A stretch of DNA of 64,000 bases from NCBI GenBank assembly GCA_025603075.1, contig MU626363.1, forward strand, positions 1-64,000, read 5' to 3'. The notes under the pieces are model-generated. The model worked only from the letters and a program-made list of their open reading frames with translations. It ran no database searches and was not told where the DNA came from. Below are positions 1-12,267 of the stretch, piece by piece. The stretch comes from Neoconidiobolus thromboides FSU 785. Lineage: Eukaryota > Fungi > Entomophthoromycota. Within the stretch, counting starts at the first letter, position 1; every line of letters starts with the position of its first letter. The position numbers and the translations under genes were made by a program.

Positions 1-1147
1 AATATATACCAAGTAATTTCAAAAATCCAGCAAGAAAAATGGATCTATGTAATACATGTGCCCAGTATACAGCTAGAGAAAAGTTACTTGAAAATAAAAT
101 AAATACAGCAATAAAAAACAAAGCAGAGATAAAAGAAATTTTCGATGAAGAAAAATTATATAAATTACATAAATTCTGTGTTGATACTCAAAAAAACACA
201 TTTAATGAAACTATTAAAAAATTAAATAACAAAAGTTGTATAATAATTTTAGACTTTAAATAGAATATGGAAATAGGAACAAGGCCAGATTCAATAAATT
301 TAGATCATTATAATAAACAGGCTATATCAGTATTAGGTTTTGTGTTTTATACTTAAAAGATAATAAAACAATAGGCAAAGTTTACTTTGATTATTTATCT
401 GAAATATTGAATCATGATTCAGCATATGCAGGAGATTGTTTAATCAATTTGATCTCTACAGAGCTTCTATTTAAAAAGTTTACAAAAATTAATATATGGG
501 CAGATACAGGAAATCATTTTAGATCACAAGAGTTCCTACACTATATATTTAAACAAATTCATAAAATAAATAGTAGTTTGAATGTTAATCTTGATTTTTT
601 TGCTGAGCATCATGGAAAGAGTATAGTTGATGGACATTTTGGGAACCTTTCAAAATGGAAAAGTGGTTTTGAAGCATCAGGTAAAATAGAAGGTATCAAC
701 CAATTAATTTCAAGATTTGAGGCTTTTATTTGCGAGCATAATAAAATTAATAACTCGACTGTTAACAATAGGAAAACAGATATAATTTTTAAAAAGGATG
801 AAAGAAACAAAAATACAAAAAGAATAATAGAGATCCAAGGCATTAAGAAGTATTTACACTCTATTAAACATAACAATAAACTACATTGTTATCCAGTATC
901 TGATACATCAAAAAAAAGCGATATAGTTCCAATTAAAGTTATAGAGTCTATAGAAAATAGAAAAATTAAAAGATCAATCCCAGCTTACCTTACAAAAATA
1001 ACAGACAATTTAAAAAGTTCGATATTTAATAAGCAAGTAAGTAGTTTGTTGAATGATAGAAGTAGATCATCAAATGTTAAGATTACTAATTTATTAATAG
1101 CTAAGTCAATAAATAGTCAAAGAACAAGTGATTGCAATAATATGTAA
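1..1147 (+). pseudogene. Disrupted DDD transposase, Sola2-like (5' end lies outside the window)
   Basis: The frame is open from the window edge (YIPSNFKNPARKMDLCNTC, a DxCxxC motif). It reads ILDFK* (stop at 261-263), then NMEIGTRPDSINLDHYNKQAISVLGFVFYT, then a frameshift near 352 into LKDNKTIGKVYFDYLSEILNHD...IWADTGNHF...FFAEHHGKSIVDGHFG. The motif order matches my recollection of Sola2 transposases (DFxEN, SxxLxHD, SD, FFxxxHGKxxxDG). Confidence 0.7.
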
Positions 1148-1427
1148 AAACTATTACTATTTGTACTATATAGGGATAGTTAATTATAATTTTGGAGCTA
1201 ATCACTCCCTCCCATGCAGCTATTTATTAACTTAGAAATATATTAATAATGTAATTATAACATTAAAATAGTCTATTTGTTTGATAACAAATCTGCAATA
1301 TTGGTTATAAAGCAGTCAATAATAAACATTTCTCAATAAAGTTTTATAATAACATGTATTTAAGATCTAGTAGAAATTCAATTAACTTAGAGTACAAACT
1401 ATAATAGCATAATTTAGAACTGTGTCC

Positions 1428-1538
1428 GGGTACTTTTTTTAATAAAAGAATTGCTTTTATAGAATTTTAAGTGAAGTTTTTAAAATACAAAATATTTAAA
1501 AAATTGGATAAAATAATGAAACTAATTCAGACAACCCC
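1428..1538 (+). mobile_element. Degenerate MITE-like right end, possibly the terminus of the transposase-bearing element
   Basis: AAAAAATTGGATAAAATAATGAAACTAATTCAGACAACCCC|ATAT resembles the MITE 3' end AAAAAATGGAAAAAATAATGAAACTAAAAAAACATCCCC|ATAT. The upstream part is only weakly similar. Confidence 0.5.
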
Positions 1539-2485
1539 ATATACTCATTGAAAAAAGCAGTGAAGTCGGAAGATATAACATTACAAACTAAAATATGCGT
1601 TGGAACAACTGGTTTTTTTGGATACTTTCCATTGAAAGAAGATGAAAAAAAGTAAGAAACCAATACCTAAATAAAGCGAAACAATAATTGCTCCAAAATT
1701 CCAGGGATACTGTTATCTACCCCAGTTTAAGCCTAATACTATAAGTGAAGTAAAGATGAGTAAAGTAATTGAACCTAAATAATCGACTCTGGCTAACTTT
1801 TCTTTCATGTTTTCTTTATAAGTAAGCAAACGAGGGAAAAATCCAATAACAAACATAGCTACTAAACAAACTGGAATATTAATATAGAAACGCTACCTCC
1901 AACTAGCTTTTTCAGTAAGGGCGCCGCCTATCAATGGGCCAACAACTGAAGCAGTAGTAACGTTAGCTCCAACCATACTTATAAAGATGCCTCTTCTTCT
2001 TAATAAAATAGTATCCGATATAATAATAACTGAAAGGGCTATAAGGCCACCACCGATACCAACAATAGCACGACAAATAATTAATATCTCAATAGTTTGT
2101 GCAGCACCACATAGTACTGAATCAACTAAAAAGATACCAAGGGCAAATAACATAACAGCACGTCGACCAAAAATATCAGAAAACTTACCATATACAGATT
2201 GGAAGGCCATTTTTGTTAATAGATAAGAAGTAGCTACCCAAGTTACTTGATCAAATGCGTTAAAATCGGAAGCTATGTTTTCTAAGTAGCAATAATTGTA
2301 TTGTCTAAAGCAGCTAAAAAAATAGATGATATTAAAACTAACGTAACTAAAATAAAGTTCGTTTTCGTTATTTTGACTTTTGCTTGATCAAGCGTAGAAG
2401 GATTAACTGAGATTTGACATTTTAATTATTTTTCATTGCCATGGATGCTAGAAGCATCATCAGTTTGAGTATTTATAGAAGACAT
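1539..2485 (-). pseudogene. MFS (DHA2/14-TMS type) transporter pseudogene, 3'-truncated paralog of 35255-36883
   Basis: The reverse complement is collinear with the 35255 gene from ATG TCT TCT ATA (2485) to about 1539. It has in-frame stops and small deletions, and the residual ORF 1893-2210 reads YGKFSDIFGRR...ASWR. Confidence 0.9.
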
Positions 2486-2802
2486 TTCTATACCAAAAGT
2501 AATATCTAATTAATCAGGTTAAGAAAAAAATCCATTACCTTTATATACTTTTAGTTGTTACCATTAAGCTAATTAACCTTTTATACTATTAGAAATTAAA
2601 TTTGTTGAAACTTAAATCGAGAAGTTGTTTACACTATAATTAATTCACTTAATTTGGTATATTTTTATTAGTAATGCGATTTTTACATATTTTATATCAA
2701 ATTTTTATAAATTATAATAGCTCTTTCCATAAAGTTATATTGATGATTCTTTGATTGAAATAATAATAATAATATATTAGCAAGCGTTTATTTTATCCAT
2801 AT

Positions 2803-2899
2803 GAGAATGTATTTTTTGTTTAGGGATTTTACTAATAATTTTTCCACTCAAATAGCGCCTACAAAATGGAAAAAGCGATGAAACTAGAAAAATATTCCA
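2803..2899 (+). mobile_element. ~99-bp MITE copy
   Basis: Matches the family consensus; flanks ATAT/ATAT. Confidence 0.85.
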
Positions 2900-3186
2900 A
2901 TATATTATAGTAAAGCTAATTAATAAACAATAACAAAAAATCTAACTATCTAAATACCATACTAAAGATATCTAAATATGACTTAAATGCTTAATTTTTT
3001 TAGACTGATTTTAAACAAATTGATAAATATCAAATAAAAATAGATATTAAACCTACACTTAATATTTATAATAACGATGTTATTATAAACTAATTTGTTT
3101 AAAGGCGGATATCTTTATTTGGTTATACTTTAGGGATTTCAAAAAGAACTAATCATTCTAATTGATATCTACCTAAAAAAAGGTAT

Positions 3187-3285
3187 GAGGGTGTTTTTTT
3201 TGGTTTCATTACTTTTTCTATCTTTTAAGCACTATTTGAGTGGAAAAGTTATTGGTGAAATTCTTAAATATAAAAACACATCCCC
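3187..3285 (-). mobile_element. ~99-bp MITE copy
   Basis: Reverse-oriented consensus match; flanks GTAT/ATAT. Confidence 0.9.
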
Positions 3286-3473
3286 ATATATTAAAAAATG
3301 ATACTGTATTAAATATAAAAAGGCGAAATAAGAATATGAATTTGCCTTTTTAGAAAAGCAATAAAGTTCTAAATAGAAAAGAAAGCTTAATCATGTTTAT
3401 TATCATAAAGACAATCAAGTATATAAAGATAGTTGAATATATTTAGGAGATTATCAAAAAATAATAAGCGTTA

Positions 3474-4097
3474 ATGATCAAGACAGAAAATCAATTTTTA
3501 TCTAATTCGAATTATGGCGAGGATAATGAGGAATTACCTTCTTATTACGAAGATCCAACAATTGAATTTCCAACTACAAGTAACTTAATTTTTTATAACT
3601 ATGAAAAATACAAAATTCAACGTCAAGGCTTTTTATGGCGAGATTTTAATTGTATTAATCAACAAAGTCTGGACACAAGATTCAAGATAAAGACAAAAAC
3701 AGTTAGTGGAAAACTTTATGATAATGAAGAAAATAAACTTAAAATTAAGAACATCCGTTACTTTAGTCACAAAATTAAATGGGATATTGAATATATTGGT
3801 AAACATTCAAAGTTATATACTAATTTACAATTAGTTCGTAAATCATTTCAATTAAGAAGACATTTTATTATTCGTTTAACTAAATCTGATGATCAAATCA
3901 TTGAATATCATGTTATAAATAATTCAAATATCCCTATTAGTTGGATCCTTTATCCTAAAGAGGAACCTAGCAATATTCTACTTAAATATGAATCCCATGT
4001 ATTTAAAGACTCTATCTTACATGTTTATCCTAACCTCGATGTTGAAGATTTAAAGATATTTTTGTTAGTTATGCTTTTTGCAATAAGCTATGATTAA
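3474..4097 (+). CDS. Hypothetical protein, 207 aa
   Basis: Long intact ATG-initiated ORF in very AT-rich DNA with an acidic N-terminus containing LPSY. No family recognised. Confidence 0.65.
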   Translation: MIKTENQFLSNSNYGEDNEELPSYYEDPTIEFPTTSNLIFYNYEKYKIQRQGFLWRDFNCINQQSLDTRFKIKTKTVSGKLYDNEENKLKIKNIRYFSHKIKWDIEYIGKHSKLYTNLQLVRKSFQLRRHFIIRLTKSDDQIIEYHVINNSNIPISWILYPKEEPSNILLKYESHVFKDSILHVYPNLDVEDLKIFLLVMLFAISYD

Positions 4098-6053
4098 ATA
4101 AACGATTTGTTTTTATTAAGTATACCTTTTTTAAATCTAAAAAAGTTCTAATATCAAATTTGACTTTAGCTGTTATCAGACTTTGTAGTAAAACGTAAAT
4201 AATTCAATCACAGTAATAAGTATAATTTACAATATCAACTGGGCAACTATTAAAAGCAAAGCAACAAGAATCTTTGGGCGTCTATGAAAGTCAACAATTA
4301 TTTTATTGAATAGACAAAAATGACAAGTATTTAAGGCAAAAGAAAACAGCTTCAAAAATTTAACAAAAATATCTTATTATGCTAGTTAAACTTAAAGGAT
4401 AGATTATTAGATTTTCCTAGTTTACTTACAATTGCTGATTAAGAGCAAACTTTTATGTTTAGTCAAACGTATCCATATACTTTTGATTTCTTATTTTAAT
4501 AAAAGAATTTAAAATGAAAAAAAAAGGCGACAATATTGTTTTTATTGAGCTGAAATCCTAGTCCAAACTAATTTCTTATTTAATTAGTCAAAATAATAAC
4601 TTTTTGAAAAAAGGCAAAATTAGTCTTTTACACTACTTATCTGATTATTTTATATCAGCCTGCTTAATACACTCTAAGATCAAGCAGTATATCGTCTTTT
4701 AAAAAGAATTAATATCAAGTTTTTAAATGACTCCTTTCTATCTAATATATCTTTTTTTATACTGTTTTGTTCTAAAATAAAGCTTCTTTTAGATTATTCT
4801 AATTTAAACTCTAATTTAGTTGCACTTTCAAATGATTTTGACATTATTTTAAATTAACATGATGAGGATTTTATCAAATAAAAAAACACTTTTATTAAAA
4901 AGCTTCCTAGGATCTTAGATACAGTTCTTTTTAAATAATAAGATAACAATTTTTTTGAAATTTTATACATATTGTCATTATTTATAAACACTGTTATTAT
5001 ACTACTTTTTTGTTTTTATGTTTTTATGTTTTTATAGCAGTTGATTTAAACTTAATAAAAAGTAATTAGTTTTTTTAGTTGGTTTGTATTTTAAAGAGAT
5101 GGTTATTTATTATAATAAATAACTAAGTTAAATAGACTGTTCTTTTTTGATAATGCCAACTTAAAAAAACAGTTTTTAAGTTAATATTTAATCAAATACT
5201 CATAAATTATTTCAGAATATATTTTGTTAGATCTTGACAAAGTTGTGTATAATAGCTATAAACAAAATCTGAGAAAAAAAAGTAATACATCATCTTTAAA
5301 AGCATTTATCACTTTAATTAATAGACTTAGATTTCCATTGCTTGTATTGCATAAGTATCTTGGTATTGTTAAATCAATAGTTTTTTTAAGTCTTAAAAAA
5401 CTTAGAAAATAAATACTTTAAAATCATCTTCTAAATCATAGAATTACTGATTAAAAATAATTTATATATTATACGGGATGCTAGTTAAAGTTTGAAGGTT
5501 ATATTTATAAAAACAGATTTTACTGAATTATTATTATAGCTTATAATTTTTCGAGTTAATATCTACTTATCTAAATTTCGTTCTAATTTTTACTATTTAT
5601 AATTTAAATGTAAACAAAAAATAGTCTTTAATAATAATAAAAGTTAGAATATGTTTTTATTTATGTTTGAAAATGTTCAAATGTTGTTTTTTATATAAGC
5701 CTACTATTTTCTATAGAATGCTGTTTTATTTTAAACCAAATATTATTTCTATAAAGTCTGGTTTTCATAAAGCTGAAAGCTTTTAACTAAAAGATGTATT
5801 TATGATGTCAATTTTAAAAAGCTTAAAGAGCTACTAAGTAAGCAGATTTTGATGATTATTTAATAATTGAGAAATATTAAATCAAATTATTGACTAGTTT
5901 ACAAAAGCAAGTTTAAACGTTTACCTCATATCCTAGACTACTGTTATATAGTTAAAAAATAAATATTCTGAAAAATAATTGGATAATATTATGCTTTATT
6001 ATTGGTCGATTTATTGCAAATAACTCGAAAATTTATCTTTTTCAGTAGTATAT

Positions 6054-6145
6054 GGGAATGTATTTTTATGTTTGAGAATTTTACTAACAATTTTTCCATT
6101 CAAATAGTACTCAAAGATAAAAGTGAAGTCAAAAAAAATCCCCTC
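6054..6145 (+). mobile_element. MITE copy with short internal deletion
   Basis: Consensus match, 92 bp; flanks ATAT/ACAT. Confidence 0.85.
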
Positions 6146-6369
6146 ACATACTTATGTAGATTCTTAGGTTATAAATTCCTAACTTTTATTCGTTTAATTT
6201 CAGCCAATAATCAAGCTGAAGATTTACAGTTACTTAATTAAGTAAATTGCCAACCCTTATTTCAATTCCAATCCAAATGTTTCCTTTGAAAAATATAAAT
6301 ACAAGCATGAATTTTTTTACGAGGAAATCTTAAAGTACTCTTTTAATATTTGAAAAAAGCTAAACTAAA

Positions 6370-6802
6370 ATGAGTCTTGATTTTGATTTGGATGACCAAA
6401 CCAAAGTTTTTATTTCTTTTGAAGGTTTATTTAATGGTAACGAAGAGTTTGATTACAATGATTACAGTAATTATATGGAGCAAAGGGATGAAAGTTATTA
6501 TCTTTCGATTGCAAGCAATATTGTACCACTAGATTTATTTGGTAAGTATATTAAATTGTTATATCATACTTTAGCTATTTCTAATGTTTGATTTAGAGTT
6601 TACTAGTGAAAGTGACTTAAGCTCTGATAGCTATTTATTGTTTGAATTCTTTGACTTGAACAATATATTACCTTCATCGCCCTATGATACTAATACTGAA
6701 GATGACTCTGGGCTTCCTAGATCATATTCAAGTATCAGTCTCACCTCTTCAGAAGGTTTATCTAGCCACCCCAATGAAGGCTTGCCTTGGTTAAGAAAGT
6801 AG
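6370..6802 (+). CDS. Small acidic/Ser-rich hypothetical protein, 2 exons (~125 aa)
   Basis: ORFs 6370 and 6584 join in frame through a canonical intron 6542-6596 (GTAAGT...CTAAT...TTAG); both exons are D/E/S-rich. Confidence 0.5.
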
Positions 6803-7278
6803 CAAACTTGTGTTTAAAAACTGTTCCTCCTTTTGGTATTATATTTATTGGTTGTGTTTATATAATTACCCCTTATATTTATGATTTTTTAATAAAACTC
6901 TTTTGCACGTCATACTTTATTATTACATTTATCATTTAATTTTACATCACTATGTCATTTTTATTTGATCTTAGATAAGATATACTCACTACTTCAGCGC
7001 AGTCAGTCATTTATTTGGATTAAAAATAGCTTTAAAACAGTTAGGCTCCAAGTTGACATTGACATAATTATATTGATTTATTTTAATCCACCTTGAAATT
7101 TAAGATTTAGGTAGTATATAATCTCAATATGGGTTGAGCTTCAATAGCTGATGATATTGTTAAAGCTCCTTTACAACATTTCAATCCCTCTATTTATATT
7201 AATCCTACCCACCTTCTGAAGGTTTTCTGTTTTTAATTATGTCTTCTATCTATATGAGTAGTAAAAAAAGTAGCATAC

Positions 7279-7374
7279 AGGAGTGTTTTTTTTGACTTCA
7301 TTATTTTTTCATTTTTTAAACGCTATTTAAGCAGAAAATTTATTAGTAAAATTCAAACACAAAAATACATCCCC
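7279..7374 (-). mobile_element. MITE copy
   Basis: Reverse consensus match; flanks ATAC/ATAT. Confidence 0.88.
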
Positions 7375-9222
7375 ATATGATACATTTGATAGATTGATTT
7401 AAGAATGCATTTGTTTGCTTATCCCATGTTAATTAGAATTTGGGGTTATTCATATTTATTTGATGAAGGTTTTGAAAATACTGTTTAATTACTTTTCCAT
7501 CATTAATATAAGGGAGTGATAAAGGACTTAAGATCATAAAATAAAATTCCCAGTTTGATTTTGATTAAACTTACAAAATTTTTATAGCAAATTTTAAAAC
7601 AAAAAGGTAGATTTTTTTAATGTTCATACTTAGTTTTCATAATTTGTAAAGAATCAGAGCTGCGAAAAATTAAGCATTTATTATCAGTTTATAAGTAATC
7701 AAAATAGTCAAAACTAAAAATTAGTTCCTTTTGTTTTTTAAAATGCCCTAGATGTTTGATAAAAGTGTAGCGAAACTCAAATCTATATTTAACATAGACA
7801 GTGCATGTTTAAACTGTACAGGTGATAATATGTAAATACAAACATGGTTTTTTTTATATAATTGTTTTCACAAAATGTATTCAATTTAAGTACAAATTCA
7901 ATTTTTAGTCTATTTCGTTAGGTGCAAAGATCGTGTCAATAGATTATATGAGGCAAACTCCGGCTCTTGCACTATGTGCGAGAAAATGTTGACAATAAGG
8001 TCTTTTTTACTTATTACCTTAATAAGCCTATTGGTAGAAAGGTAGGTACATATAAAAAAGCGGCTAAACAAATAGCAAATGATATTTATTTGTTTTGAAA
8101 ATAAATAAGTAGTTTAATTATGATAAATACAACTTTGATTTTGAGAGTATAGAAGACTATGCGTATTATTTTAAAGAATTTGAAAATATTGATATCTAAT
8201 GTTTCAAAAGTTAATTTATTTTACTGATATTTTAGTATATAATTTATTATACAATATTGATGTTGATGTTGATGTCAAAATTGGATTTATAAAATATGTA
8301 GAAAATGCTGGACATAGAATATAATAATAAATTAGATCTTTAATTTATTTGTTTATCCTGTTTTAAGCTAATTATATAATAGACTAGACTAGGTAGGTAG
8401 TTAGAAGAGGAGAATATAATGCCTTGCAAAAAAGCTCTTAAAATTCAAAGAATTAAAGAAAGGAAAGAAAAACTTTAATTCAACTATCAAACATTATCTG
8501 TTTGATAAGGATATGCCTAAATTTAACAGAAGATATAAAAGAGTTCGTTGGAATATAAGCCCAGAATCAATTGGCAAATAAAAAACTAGGGACTATAAAT
8601 TAAGGATGTTTCAAGTTATTTAGCCAGGTCACTTTATTTAATTACTATTGAAACAGTTGATCTAGAGAGGACAGACTCTGATAATTTAGTATAAGTTGGG
8701 TTCTTTTTTTGCCGAATTTTTATAATAAAGTGGTAATCATATTAAGCTAATCTTTATATGTGTTAGCTACCAGGTATTGAAAAAAAACATTCACATTTCT
8801 TTCATTTAAAAAATTTATTGAATTCACTTATATCAAACAAACATTCATGGTATTTCTATATCATTTATCAAGTGACTCATTTATTTCTTAACTTTAATAT
8901 AATTGTCATGGTTTTATAACCTTTTTTTCAATAAACAGAAATATTAAATAGCTGAATTTTGATTCAATATATTAGATATGTTATGACTATTATTAATATT
9001 AGAAACCGTGTTAAAATTGTCTGACATTTAAACGAGTTCAAATGTCTGATCTGAATCAAATAATTTTTTCATTTTACATTTAGTTTGAATTTGTAAATTT
9101 TATACAACTATATGACACTGATAGAGCTTTTCAACCTTTTTGGTAGTGAAAAATATTTTGGTAAAGCAAACTAAATGGTAATTATAAAAGCATGCAAACC
9201 CTTTAGCTAAAAAATATTATTT

Positions 9223-9322
9223 AAGGATGTCTTTTTTTGTTTAAGAATTTTACTAACAGTTTTTTCGCTCAAATAGCATTCAAAAAAATGGAAGAAGTGA
9301 GGAAACCAAAAAGATATCCCCC
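9223..9322 (+). mobile_element. MITE copy
   Basis: Consensus match; flanks ATTT/GTTT. Confidence 0.85.
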
Positions 9323-9914
9323 GTTTATTCAAAAGATTGTGTATTAAGAGTCAAAGCTCTTAATATTTATATTCTATGATTTTATTTTAAACAATCCAAA
9401 GCTTTGAGGTATTATGATTCTTAAAACTCCTTAGGACTAATATTATTTCGAAAGTAGCAACTTTTTTGCAACTCAACAATTGATTTGTAATAATTGTTTT
9501 CACAAAATTCATCCCTGATTTACTTACTTTGACATTAAACCAAAAATGACTAATGAAATATTTTTGACCTTAAAATGTATTTTATGGATAAGATTCATAA
9601 TTTTTTGAGAAAATGATACTCTTCTTTTGAATTTTGTAAGACTTTAAACCTTTATCGCAAGAAGGATATTAAAAACTATCTAATCGTCTAAGAAGAGTAT
9701 ATTTAAGATGTTAGGATTGAACTAAAGCACTAGTCATAAACGTTAAAAATTATGGAAAATACCTCTAACGTTATCAAGGTTTTCCCCAAATTACATATGT
9801 ACTAAGATATTAATAGTAAATCAAGGCTTTAATTGATTACTAATGACTTTTTTATAAATGGTAAATAAGGGCCAAGTGACGATAAATAGGTAAGATATAG
9901 CATTAAGAATATAT

Positions 9915-10011
9915 GGGGATGGATTTTTGTGTTTAACAATTTTACTAACAATTTTTCCGCTTAAATAACCCTTAAAAAATGGAAAAAATAATGAAGTCAA
10001 AAAACACTGCC
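9915..10011 (+). mobile_element. MITE copy
   Basis: Consensus match; flanks ATAT/ATAT. Confidence 0.9.
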
Positions 10012-10086
10012 ATATACTAAAAATTATAACAAACGTATCAATTCAATTGCTATTTCAAGCTTTGAGCTACTTTATACTTAACACAT

Positions 10087-10184
10087 GGGGGTATTTTTTT
10101 GACTTCATTGTTTTTTCCATCTTTTAAGCGTTATTTTAGTAAAAAAGTTGTTAGTAGAATTCTTAAATACAAGAGTACATCCTC
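10087..10184 (-). mobile_element. MITE copy
   Basis: Reverse consensus match; flanks ACAT/ATAT. Confidence 0.88.
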
Positions 10185-12168
10185 ATATACTTATTTTGAT
10201 ATTATGATAATCGGTTTCAGTTCTTATAGTTTATTTGATATTTTTGATTTAAATTATTATAATCCTATACAATGCTCTTCACTAGTTTAATCCCCTTGAA
10301 AGTGAAGTTTGATTTAGCATATATTTTAATTTCTTATCCAGGTTCATGACTAGTTTCCATACTTATTTGGATTATCCGCCTTATTTTTGTAGCATACAAA
10401 AGGCCATGTCAAGCTCCTTCTAGACATATACTGCGTCTATCGTCTTCTTTCATTCAATACTTCCTTCTTTCGCTATTTACATGACGATGTTCAATTATGT
10501 AGTAAGCTTTACTGTGATTAACTAATAAGAGCTATTATTAGATAAGTATGAAAAATCTTATTAAAAATAAGCAGTTACCTCGAATTTTAATCTTCAACTA
10601 AGTCGCTTAATAATGTTAAAAGGTCCGAATTATTTAAATAATCCTTATTCCCCTTTATTGATCCTTGATCACCCTTCTTATGAACGTTTTTGGACCTTCT
10701 CGTGGTTACTCAATCACTTCATCATAAATTAGGAATTTCAAGTGTTTACTGGAGCAAGGTGTTTGTCCTATATTTTTCTTAATACCGCGTTTGGATTATG
10801 CTTATTGAAGACTATTTCTCAACCATTAATATGAAATAACAAAAAATGTTTTTATTATTTACAAAATCTAATACTTTTTTCCAAAACTTATATTTGTTTG
10901 TGTAGTAGTGCAAAATTTATTAATGTCTAAGCTATTTTGATCGTTTTAGCACAAATCAACTTTTAATAATCTGGTGTTAAAGACTTAAAAGAGTGACTTT
11001 TTTAATTAAATTTCTATATTCCAAAAAATAGGGTTGTTGGAATTAAAGCAACTTAGAGTTAATTATAAATTTGACATTGTTATTTTGATACAAAAAACAA
11101 GCAAGGAACCACCAATAATAGATTGAAATTAGCAGTTACAATAATAAATTCTAGTCCAGATATTTAATACTATAAAAGTTTTCCATAAGCTGAGTATTTA
11201 GTGATATGTTTGCAGTGAACGATGCCTTCAATTGATCCTCAAGCTATGTTTAAAGTTGAATTATAAGGGATATATAGCAACCAAATCGCAAGATACAATA
11301 TTAATAACGATGAACAAAAGGTTGATAAAAAAACTAGTAATAATACTATTGCTTTAAAATAAAAAGTCTCAAATCAGATTCGGTATTATAAATACAGATA
11401 GAGTTTTTTTAATAATGATCCATCCATATTGAATTTCATCTTGTGAAAATATTGTAGTCTATAAAGTTTAACTTTTAAATCTACTGTTAATCATGTAGGT
11501 TACGAATTAAATAACTCATAATCCTAATATAGCCTTCTACTGTATTTATTGAATCCTTTAATATTATTCTGAACACATCGGTATATGTTAGCAATACTAG
11601 GTATTCATAAAACTAAAGTATCTTTTCTATAACTATGTTCAAAAGCCTTCTTTGAAAATATTTTATATTTATAATTAAGAAATAAATTTGTATTGCCAAA
11701 TTTATATTGTTTAATTAAAACAAATCGGTTTTTGTTTCTCAAAACTAAAATCTATAATATGATAACTAAATTTTGTATTAGCACCTCTTTTGAGGTTAAC
11801 AGTTATAAAGTTAGCACCAATCCAGACTCCCTATCAAAAAGTCCTCACACTCATGTCTATTCTTCTTCCTTGCTTTATGCCTAAACAAACGTAAAGTCCA
11901 ATACAGATTTTGGCCAAATTTGAGTTGTATTATTCAAAGCCTGATATTAAAGAGTTACAAAGGTAGGTTAAAAAGTTTCCAGAAGTGGTAATTTTGGTTA
12001 ACAAGCTATAAAAAAATTTACACTAATATATTGTATGTATTATAAATAAGATATATACAAAGTTTTACATTGGCCAAATAACTATTCTCTAAAACATGGG
12101 CACTGCTAATGAAATTCTTTTTACAGTTTTTTATTTGACTCCTAACAAAAAAACTTATTACATTATAT

Positions 12169-12267
12169 GGGGATGTATTTTTTCATTTAAGAATTTTGTT
12201 AACAATTTTTCCACTTAAATAGCATTTAAAAGATGGAAAAAGTAATGAAATCAAAAAAAACATCCTC
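12169..12267 (+). mobile_element. MITE copy
   Basis: Consensus match; flanks ATAT/ATAT. Confidence 0.9.

Noticed and set aside
11000-11900. Hydrophobic stop-riddled minus-strand frames, a possible membrane-protein pseudogene
   Set aside because: No recognisable motif, and AT-rich DNA yields I/L/F-rich translations by chance.
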